A stretch of DNA of 63,958 nt, the filler included, from Octopus bimaculoides (taxonomy: Eukaryota): NCBI RefSeq assembly GCF_001194135.2. It is 6 parts of 5 records of this genome, joined end to end, with 100 filler letters (N's around TTAATTAATTAA, not from the genome) between each part and the next. Parts side by side here need not be neighbours in the genome. Positions count along the whole stretch, not along the records: positions 16,761 to 35,164 come from NC_068986.1; positions 35,265 to 46,405 come from NC_068985.1; 4 more parts are not named here. One strand, 5' to 3'. The translations under genes were made by a program, and so were the position numbers. The stretch's first letter is position 1. Every line of letters starts with the position of its first letter. The notes under the pieces were generated by a model. The model made no database searches. It was given only the letters and a program-made list of their open reading frames with translations, and was not told the origin of the DNA. Below, in pieces: positions 26,005 through 36,629 of this stretch.

Positions 26005-26520
26005 ACATAAACTTATATAAACTCTTGAGTATACAAAATTATATGCACCATCGACTACACAAACTTATACACCCACGATTATACAGACTTCTTTACACCC
26101 TCAATAATAACGGCTCATATACTCTCTTAACCATAAAATTTATGTACACCATCAGCTACACAATATTATATATACCCCCTATTATACAATCTTCTATACA
26201 TCTTTGTTTATGCAAGCTTATATACACTCTTGACTATGCAAATTTATATATACGATCGACAACACAAACTTATATAAACACTACACATATACATCATTAA
26301 TATTAATTTCATATGTATATCTACATCTGTATTAGATATATGAACTTGTATACAGATGCAATTATACAAATTTATATACATTATCAGTTATACAAATATT
26401 TACATACCTTCAACTATACAAACTTTATACACATTTATCTATCCAAATTGTTGACACCCTCGATTGCACAAAGTTGCGTACACACTCTGTATATACCCCT
26501 TTTAATAATACAAATTTTGA
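26005..26520. repeat. Degenerate ~25-bp minisatellite
   Basis: Units such as actcttgactatgcaaatttatatat, accatcgactacacaaacttatac and accatcagctacacaattattatat. Confidence 0.7.
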
Positions 26521-29500
26521 TTACATTCTTTATTTAAATATACGTGGTAAGAAGCTTACTTCCCAAACACATGGTTCCTGGCTCAGTCTCATTGCATGGC
26601 ATCTTGGATAAATGTCTTGTACTAAGCCACGGGCCGACCGAACCTTTGTGAGTGGATCACCGCCTGATAACTTAACCGGTGTTGGTGTGTTTAGGTCTCC
26701 GTAATTTGACATACATCATCACAGTCTGCTGTGATGATTCTAAAATACAACACTTAAAAACCTAACGGTATATCTTTTTTCTACCCCTCTGAAGAGATTT
26801 TGCACAACACAATGATTTTATTAATTACTATTTAATCTATTAGTCCTAATTGAAACAGCTGTAAGGGACCATGTTTGATTTTTGCAGATAATATATTTTT
26901 TATTAAATGTTATATTACTATTTTCTTACTTTCTTATATACACACATTTATATTTATTTATATATATTTATAAATATTATATACACACCCATCCACACAT
27001 AACTCACACGCACACACAACTCACACACTCGCACAAACACAGACACACGCACACACAGACACACGCACACACATACATACAAATATATATACGGTGGGCT
27101 TCTCTCAGCTCCCGGATGATAAATCCGCTCACAAGGCTTTGACCATCCGAGGGCTATAGTAAATAACACTTGCTAAAGATGCCACATAGTGAAACTGAAC
27201 TGAGAACCCTGTACTTTGTAAGCAAGCTACTTAACACACAGCCACATGTAAAATGTCTCCAAACCGAAACCATTAAAACGCTTGAAATGGAAATTCCGTT
27301 TCATGTATCATTTCAATGTGCAACTCTGTCCTCTCGGGTTCTCTATAAGGTAGATACGTGTTTCCAGTAGTAAATTCATCATCACTGTTGATCTGTTTAT
27401 GTTGCTTATGTCAATAGAAATAGGAACGCCATTACACATACTAGTGCTATATGGGAAATATTGCAAATCAATAAAATTAATTTAGATGGAAAAGAAAAAA
27501 AATTGAGTCAAATTGTAGTTATACACGTTAATTGATTAATGAAAGAATTCATTCGACTCATTAGAGAACTCCCGACACTTTATAGTTCTTCTAGATTAGT
27601 CTATAGGTCTTGGTTCATCAAAGAACACAAATCATTTTTAACCTTAGAACTGATAAGGTTGGTTACTCGATTTCCATGGAGTATAAATGACTAAGGTCAC
27701 AAAATTCCACTTGAATGGGACCCCGCTCCATTCAGTGCCAGCAATTTTGAGGGGAGGGAACAAGCTGATTACACCGATATCAGTATTTGGTTGGTACATT
27801 ATTTCATCGACCTTGAAGAGATGAAAGGCAAAGTTAACCACGGCGGTATTTGAACTCAAAATGCAAAGAGCCAAAAGAAATACCACCAAGTATTTTGTAC
27901 TACGTTCTAACGATTCTGCTAGCTCGCTGTCTTCTCGGTTAATTCACATTATCCTAATTAAATTATATAATTATCACGGTTCTTTATAGTGTCCATTGTT
28001 TATTCCATGGGCTGTTAGTTCAATATTACTTCTGGATAAGTTACAAAACACAAACCTGATAAATTTTGGCGTGACAATGAGAGTAGGTTCCAACGTATTC
28101 GAATTCTTTTCCAAACAGCCTTCCATTTGAAAAAAAAATATTATTACGTAATACCGAACTTATGAATTAAATTAATATATCCCCCCCCCCACACACACAC
28201 ACACAAGCACACCAAATTTAAATCTCCACTTCAGTATCTCAATTATCAAATGTCAAGTATAAAACTTATTCTTTTATTTGTTTGTTTGTTTATTTATTTG
28301 CTCATTATGGAACATAGGAAATGATATGGAACTAATTGAAGTTCTATTATTATATTTTAAATCGATTTTTAAGGCTCAAATACGAAACTAATCATTTCTC
28401 CATCGCTGCACACATGAACAAAAGCATTTCACATGTAATGAAGGACATAGAGTATAATTGGGGAGTGTTGACTTCGAAGGAGTTTAACAATAACAATGGT
28501 TCGTGCAGTCCCAAATTGATTACGGAATGCAGATCGAGCTAAAGATCATATGAAAGATTAAATTTATGATAACTGCCCAAACTCGAAATATAACTCAGAA
28601 AAATAAAATAATAATTGATAGTTTGAATTAAATTCATTTTCATTTTCAATTCATTTGAATATGTATTATGCGATGGTCCTGTAAAATATTTTACCAGAAA
28701 GAGGACTCTTACACACGCCAGTTCAATATATGTAGCACTTCCGTATCCGGTCCGCAATACGTAAACACAATTATCTGAAGTACAAAAACACAGCCTCAAT
28801 GTTATCCTCATCTTCCGTGGGGCAACATCCCGTAGTTCTTCAGTTTATTTCCTTCATTACCTGTTTACAGTGGAATGACTTTTATCGTGTGCAGTGATTA
28901 AGAACTGATTAGTTGCATATTTGAATCTTGTACTTCTAAACAGAACTTACAAATCGATTTTGAAATATAAAATAATTAAAACTCTGCTTGAGTTATAATT
29001 TTGAACGTTCGATAACGAGCGAGAGAAAGAAAAAAAAACTATGTTATCAATATTTTTAATTGACAGAAGATTCTAATATCGAAGTAGAGATTTAAAAGGG
29101 AGGGCAGCTTACTAATCAAAATAGATAATGCTATGAGTTACACTTCGTAATCTTCGTAAATAGTCTCTGTATTTGAATGCTGATGTATGCGTGATGTGCA
29201 TAAGTGTTGAGATGGACGAGTGGTTAAGCATTTCGTTTCGTAATCACGATGTTCCGGATACGATCCGACTGCGAAGCATCTTGGGTAAATATCTCCTGCT
29301 TTAATCTCAGGTCAAAATATGTCTTGTCTTATGAGTGAAACTGTATCGGCGGAAACTGTGTGGAAGCCTGATAGATGGACTCCATCTTTGTTTCAATGGA
29401 CCTGTTTTGTCACGTGATATGTCGTATTGATTCTTCCTTACGACTGCACTAAAAGCAAGCGTGGCTGACGAAGACTCGACCCATTACACGCTAATATAAG

Positions 29501-29750
29501 AAACAAATTGATAAAGTGATCGAGAAACTACTAGAATATTGTACGTTGAAAGAGAGATGGAGCTATTTCCTGTATGTGTGAGAATCATCAAACGACATTA
29601 ATCATTTGGTAGGAATTAAATGGAATGATCGGATCGTTCACATCCAGATCGTGCTGAGTCTCTTGTTAATATTTATTTATATCACTTACTTCAAAAAGTG
29701 CTTTAATTACAAAATATCAATCGATAATCTTTGCACATTGGTTCTTTCAG

Positions 29751-29834
29751 ATGAGTTCGTCATCATCGCTGGGCTCGGAAAATATAATAGATTTGCATGG
29801 AAAAAACTTGCAGAAAATTGAGAAAATCTCCACG
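29751..29834 (+). CDS. Exon of an SDS22-type LRR protein, CEP97-like N-terminus (MSSSSSLGSENIIDLHGKNLQKIEKIST)
   Basis: Acceptor ttggttctttcag, donor ACG|gtaatt, 84 nt, phase 0-0. IIDLHGKNLQKI resembles the CEP97 segment VVNWSGQGLQKL as I recall it. Confidence 0.7.
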
Positions 29835-31668
29835 GTAATTCATTTTCTAAAATATTCTTTGATATATTATAAAGCTCTTGATTCACTATATAACGTTTAG
29901 ATAATTATATAGGCCCTTGTCTATTACAGAGTACTTTTAGGTCTGTTTCTGTGCTTGAGGACACGCATAGTGTATTTTAACTGAGAAACAACTATAACTA
30001 GGTGCCTAGTTATTGAGCGCAGTGTTATTCATAGATTAGGGAACTGGAAGATATACGTGCACCAATGTCGTGTAATAGATATTTTGGGGGAGTTAAGGCA
30101 AGTAGTTCGGATCCTTATTTGTATAAATTAATATTTAAATATCGTTTTACGAAAACATTGATCTTCCTTAATGGAAGGGAAATAGCGTTCCAATAAATTC
30201 GCTCATCAGGAAACCTGAAAGAAGGAACGACCGACAAATAGATAAACAGAGAGACAGACTGACAAACAAATAGACAGACACTGTTGTAGCATCGTGACGC
30301 GGTCTCAAGCCTAAAGATATTTTACTGTACTACTTTCTATTGTACTATTCTAAGAGATGTAGATTCTTTCCTTTCCTCCTTCGGTTTCAGAAGCCATGTA
30401 AAATGTCATGGATATTCCCTTTCTTCCTCTGATTAAGCCAGTTACACACAGATTAATCAAGTGATAAATCCCTTAACCAGAGATACTGCTCCCGATAAAG
30501 AAAGAAAAACAAAACATAATTAAGTTACAGTGTTACTTGATATATGACAGGTAATTTTGGAAGTATAATGTTGCCACCATGGGTATCAAGAGGAAATCTA
30601 GAATACATACAGTAATTACAATTTAACTTTTATCAAATGTCTTGGTGCTTATACAAAAAAGCAAGGATGAAATGAATACATATCGTCGAAAATAAAATAT
30701 TTATTATATCAAAATAAAATTAAAACCAAATTTCCTAATTGTAGGACTTCTCCCAAACCTCCTTCTGCCAAGTATGTGCACTCATCCTGTACCTCTTGTG
30801 TTAACTCCTTCTGTATCTTCCTTTTATTCTCTCTGCATACAATGAGAACGTAACTGGAGAAATCAACCTACTACACGAAACTTCGTTTATCGCTGATTCA
30901 TTCACCGGAAGAACAGAGTACGCTCAACTGTGAACCATGTTATGATTATCACAGATTGGTCTTTGATAGCAGGTGTTGGGTGGACTGTCGAAGATTCTGC
31001 CTACACCATATAAACGCACCCTAGCGACATCCTTCCCCCCACCCCCTCACACACACACACACACATAATCCTCAGCTAACAAGAAATCACCGACTATCGT
31101 TTGTGCTTACATGAACGTGTAGCGAATCTGCGTATTTATATGGATTTTCGCACTCGTACCCATTAACATCGGACCAGTGAACAGAGAAGCTATGAAGGTG
31201 CTTCATCCAAACAAGTGACTCAGGCGAGTATCTTTTCAGCTGGAGAAGTTAAATAAGATCAAAAAGATACGAGACGGTGGATGCTTCGCAGCTTTAGGAA
31301 TTGAGTTTGCTGTCAATAAATCAACCATTAAACGTTAGCACGTATTTCGTGTCTTTACGTTCTGAAATCAAATTCCGTCCATGTCGACTTTGCCTTTCAT
31401 CCTTTCGGGGTCGATAAATTAAGTACTAGTTTCGTACTGGGATGGATCTAATCGACTGGCCCCCACCTCCCCAAAAATGTCTGGCCTTGTGCCTAGAGTA
31501 GAAACGAAAAGAGTAAATCAACCATTTATTCCATTTAAAAGTGCATGTGGTGATTCACGTATCACTGTTTTTATTATAATTTTACCAACGCATCGTGATA
31601 AACGAGGATAGATGTGTTATTGTACACAGATACTGATATTAATATTGCTAAATTAATATTTTCTACAG

Positions 31669-31740
31669 AAGCAGCGCCCCAGCATACTAGATCTATCGTG
31701 TAACACCATAGAGAAAATTGAAAACTTGAACAATCTGAAT
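31669..31740 (+). CDS. LRR exon (KQRPSILDLSCNTIEKIENLNNLN)
   Basis: Acceptor attttctacag, donor AAT|gtaagt, 72 nt, phase 0-0. Encodes the LxLSxNxIxKIENL SDS22-class repeat in frame with the previous exon. Confidence 0.85.
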
Positions 31741-32080
31741 GTAAGTATATGTGAAATTGGCGTTTATTATTCAGTAACAAAAGTTTTTGAAAATGCATTG
31801 AAGGGCGTAATATTATTTTTTACTTTGATAAGAACAAATGAGTACTAACCATTGTGATGCTTTATCAAACTAAAGATACAGCGATTCTTAATAATGCGGG
31901 TAAAGTTTGCGAAAAACAAATGTATGTATATGTATATATTTATGCGTGTACGCGCGCGCGCATACATATTACACACATAAACCCACACACACGCGCGCGC
32001 ACACACGTATTTATATACAAGTGAGTGGACAAACGAAAGAAAGAGGCACCCAGTCATTTAATAAGAGTTACATATATATT

Positions 32081-32290
32081 TACGAAAGCGTTCTGAAAAG
32101 TTCCTGGTTTGGGATAAAAGAAAATACAGGAGAATAAGTTAATTATGATTTTATTCAGCATACTTCCCTTTCAAATTCACACACTTGTTGTAGCGGTCTT
32201 TCGGTTTTTGTAAGTCCTGTAAAAGAACTTGGATGTTTGGGCCCCCAACCAGGTCATTCAGGATACCCTTAAAGCCAAGAACTTTTCAAT
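32081..32290 (-). mobile_element. Mariner 3' end with TIR
   Basis: The - strand encodes KCVNLKGKYAE*. TIR-like TACGAAAGCGTTCTGAAAAGTTCC begins at 32081. Confidence 0.7.
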
Positions 32291-33139
32291 ACGCCTCGTA
32301 TTTGAAATAGTTTGATTCAGCACCATGCAGCTTAAAGTTTTGTAGGCATGTTATAGAAACCTAGCTCGTAGGACTCAGCAGCCGAATTGAGAGGTTCAAG
32401 ATGTTTAAGGTGGCTACCTGAAAATGGGATGCTATCGTTCAGGATAGGTCATGTGGTGTTACCACATATGGAATTGAAATTTCAGCGACATCATATCCAT
32501 TTACGTAGAGATCCCAATATGAATTTCATGGACCTGGTGGCATCTCGTTGCCTAGCTGGTCTTCGAAGGGACTTGAGAAACATCGTATCCATGGCCGACG
32601 CAGCGGGGCAGATCGTGTGTGTAAACATATATATAAGGAGATTTTAGGACTATCATTTTTGCTTGTTGCAAAATCTGCGACTGTGAGTTCGTTTGAAATT
32701 CATATATTGCGAGCAGAAGCGAGCTACAACCATCTCTAGCAGACGATGTGTATAGTACTGAGGAATGGCAGAAATAGCGCGAAGCCAAAACTGGCCTCCT
32801 GGTCCTGATGCTAGAAGGTAGTAGAGGTTCGCTTCCCTGCTCACAATTCATCGGATGCAGCTGTGCATCGTTAACCAGCTAGCGCAGATGTCCTCTTGGC
32901 GTTAAAAAGTCGTAGTAGAGTCTGTTCGAACGAACAGCCATGTTAAAGTAACTACGATGTATGTACATGCGCGCATACGCGATTGTTATGAGCATTTTTA
33001 CTTCTTTACATTTTACTTCCTTCCTTTCGGGTTTTTTCCTCTTATTTAACGGTCATTCTAATAGCTCTTTTGTCTTAATAACAGTCAATTACATAGTAAT
33101 TTCCCTTTGTTTAACGGTCATTTTCATTGCATATTTTGA

Positions 33140-33214
33140 TTGCCTCGATAACTGAAGAGATGCCGGAGCAGGTTTCCGCCCCGACATCCGAAACTCGGGG
33201 TCTTATTATGGCAA
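33140..33214 (+). ncRNA. Type I hammerhead ribozyme motif with extended stems I and II
   Basis: Stem I ATAA/TTAT plus TTGCC/GGCAA; core CTGAAGA; stem II GATG.CGG/CCG.CATC; GAAAC; GUC at 33200-33202. One extra C precedes GAAA. Confidence 0.75.
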
Positions 33215-33599
33215 CCGAATAATTGTCACATGTTGTACTACAAATAAATTCCTGTATTTACATAATATCGAAGTCTCTTTCATTCTTTTTTGTCTTACCA
33301 TTAATATATATATATATATAAACTTTAAAAAGTTTGTTCGTTTTTTGTAATTGTGAAATTTTTTCGCCATGAACGGTTTGTGTTTTTAAATGAAATGTAT
33401 TTTTTCTGATGTAATATCTGTTCCTGAATGATGTGTAAAGAAATTTTGATTTAAGCATCTTAATGAATTCTTTATACTGAAATATATATTGAAGAAGATA
33501 AATANNNNNNNNNNNNNNNNNNNNNNNNNNNNNNNNNNNNNNNNNNNNNNNNNNNNNNNNNNNNNNNNNNNNNNNNNNNNNNNNNNNNNNNNNNNNNNN

Positions 33600-33631
<32 letters not shown>

Positions 33632-34353
33632 AAAAGGAATGCAAAAATGGGACAAGAACGCAAAACATCCAGACAGATGATACAAAAAAAGGACAAGAAG
33701 AAACAAGGGCTGGTCATTCACAGTTTTCTATCCTCAGTCGCGTTCCAGATTATCTTCGCAATTTCGGCTGGTTATACTCGAGATTGCTCCAATCTGGCCA
33801 GCCCCAAGGAAAAACTAAGCTAAGAGCACTAGATTCCTTAGAAGAAAGCAGCAAGGTGAGAAAAAAGCCTGAGGACCCTTCTTTCATGGCCACAGATTCA
33901 CTCAAGAGTTGTGAGAGAAATTAGATAGCACTTCCATTCATGTTCCCTTAACGGTAGGCTAAATCCAGTTTCATGTCAGGACCTGAACCTTAGTTACCAA
34001 TGCTTATCAATACACAATCTTCACAATCTTCCCATTATGTTAATCAATAAAATGATCAGCATATCGATATTTAAATGGTTTCAAGAATAACAGAACACAT
34101 GCAATTTCTTAATGCAGTAAATTCGTTCGCAGAAATATATCAGGATTAATGCTGTATAATATCAAACGTCGGTTTCAATTAACACTGTCAAATATTTCTA
34201 TATTGACTATTTCGATGAAGGGGAAAAGCAAGTTTGATTCATTAGGGATCACACTTAACGCATCATATTTAGTGATTATATAGATATAACAAATATAACA
34301 TCTACAAGCAATGATTAACCTACGTATATTGAATTATACTGACCCAGAACTGA

Positions 34354-35090
34354 TATGAAGGTGCATTCCAGATGTTTTCAGACTTTTTCAGGAGAGACAT
34401 TAATTTCAAAGAAGTACAAAACGCTAATCGTCTTCAAAGGAAGATCCTCAACTTCGATGCACTTAAGTAGTTGTAAATTGTCAACTTAATGTGACAGTCC
34501 CCTGAAGGGAATAATACGACTGTTGGTTAGACCTAGGAAGCTGCACCGCTTCCTGTCGGCCTTGACACATTTCATGTGTCCTTATGTTTACAAGGACACA
34601 GAAAATGTGCCAAGGCCGACAGGAAGCGGTGCATCTTCCTACGTCTAACCAACATTATTCCCTTCAGGGGACTGTCAAATTAAGTTGACAGTTTACAACT
34701 ACTTCATCGTAACACTACTGTATAAATCTCTCTGAGAGATTTAGAAATGTATTATTTCTAAATTTGATGCACTTATTAAGTACTCTATCCACTTCGTGAA
34801 GGCCCCCATGGAATTTCTCCCAAGTGAAGGTGTCCAGGCTCCTTGCCATAGCCTACTCCATCTTCAAAACGACTGCTCCTTCAGTTTGGAGAACAACCAA
34901 AAGCCATAGACAGTAATGTCTAGACTGTAGGGGCGGGAGGTAAAGAACAGTTTTGGCGCCCATCTTTGTCAAGCAGGTTCGACTCATACAAATGAATCCC
35001 CAAGCCGCCTGTAACGTTTTGGCCCAGTTTAACACAAGAATCTATTGCATAGCGAGATTCACAGCGAAAATGTTCCCTGGAGTAGTATCT
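34354..35090 (-). mobile_element. Internally deleted mariner relic interrupted by a hairpin
   Basis: The - strand gives RYAIDSCVKLG, PYSLDI..FWLFSKLK (YSPDL-like motif) and KCI..SFEDD*. TIR-like tatgaaggtgcattcc begins at 34354. Confidence 0.7.
34455..34709. repeat. Long near-perfect palindrome (foldback)
   Basis: Arms aagtagttgtaaattgtcaac...gccttgacacatttc and their reverse complement surround an inner tgtgtcctt/aaggacaca hairpin. Confidence 0.9.
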
Positions 35091-35312
35091 CCTCATAGAT
35101 AATATATGTCAAAACAACATGTATATGCTATTCAACGATATTTCATTTATAAAGCACATATATANNNNNNNNNNNNNNNNNNNNNNNNNNNNNNNNNNNN
35201 NNNNNNNNTTAATTAATTAANNNNNNNNNNNNNNNNNNNNNNNNNNNNNNNNNNNNNNNNNNNNTTTTTCTTTTTTTTTGGTCTTATTGTTTCTCTGTGC
35301 TACTCTTTATTT

Positions 35313-35375
<63 letters not shown>

Positions 35376-36090
35376 CTGTCCCACTATCTCTGTTTCTCCG
35401 TTTCTCTGTTTCTTTCATTCGCTCGTTTTTCTTTCATCCACCTGTCTATTGTGTACGTCACACGTGCGTGCATACTCATATATGTACGTGTATGCGATAT
35501 ATATATATATGCATACATACATACACACCCACCCATATATATATACATACACGCACACACACACATACTACATATATATGAACACACATACCCGCACACA
35601 CACACACACACGCACGCACGCACACACACACCTATATATACTCTATATACGTATATATATATACATATAGAAACGTATATATATATACACTGCCTTAATT
35701 CTTCAAAACGCCGGTGTTTTAATGGTGGCAGCTGATGAAGGAGATGTTTCTATGTGGCTTGCTTGTTTGTTGTACCTTGTTTATCATTTTGTCCATGTTC
35801 GTTTGCCACGTCATGTACCCAGTTATGTATCTATGTGTACATGTGGATGAAGGTATGTACATACATGTACATATATATGCATATACTCATATATTGTTTA
35901 TATATATATATATATATATATATACCCGTATATATACATGTATATAATGTGTATTAATGTACACGCATGCATATATATGTATATATATGTATGTATGTAT
36001 TATAATACGTATACATGTAAATGTGTATACATATACGTACGTGTGGGTGTGTGTGAGAATGCGTGCGCGAGTGCGTATGTGTATGTGTGT

Positions 36091-36138
<48 letters not shown>

Positions 36139-36597
36139 TTGTGTAGGTGTGTGTGGCCTGCTAATATGAAGGAAGCTGAATCAAATTGTGGAAATTGTAG
36201 ACTGCAGCGCCCCTTGCTCTCATTTAAGAGAAGGGGGCGCTACCGCACCCTTTCACCCTTTCATTCAATGGGTGTTTTATAATACAGATATTGTTGCTAT
36301 TGTTGCCTAACCCTAGCTCAGCCCTAATTCACTTGTTCTAGGATCCAAGTGGTCCTAACGTGACCATCCAGTAAATTTGCATATCCAGTACAAACGACTG
36401 TGTTTATTATCCTTTAAAATACAGTAGGTTGTATATTGAAGGAGATTTAGCGGCTATTTCTAGCAGTGAGGTCTTCCGGGTAGTGATCTCCGTCGTTAGC
36501 GCCATTGATTTGTATATGTACTATGACAATATTACTAATAATCACAATGATGACGAGGATGAGGCGACGTTGATTACTATGAAAATGGTGGTGCTGG

Positions 36598-36629
<32 letters not shown>

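Noticed and set aside
30901-30945. Hammerhead-like CGGAAGA-ACAG/CTGT-GAAC
   Set aside because: Two core substitutions and a weak stem I. At best a dead relic.
32387-32851. Cluster of short ORFs in GC-richer DNA after the mariner end
   Set aside because: No coherent transposase or GIY-YIG motif could be read. Left unassigned.
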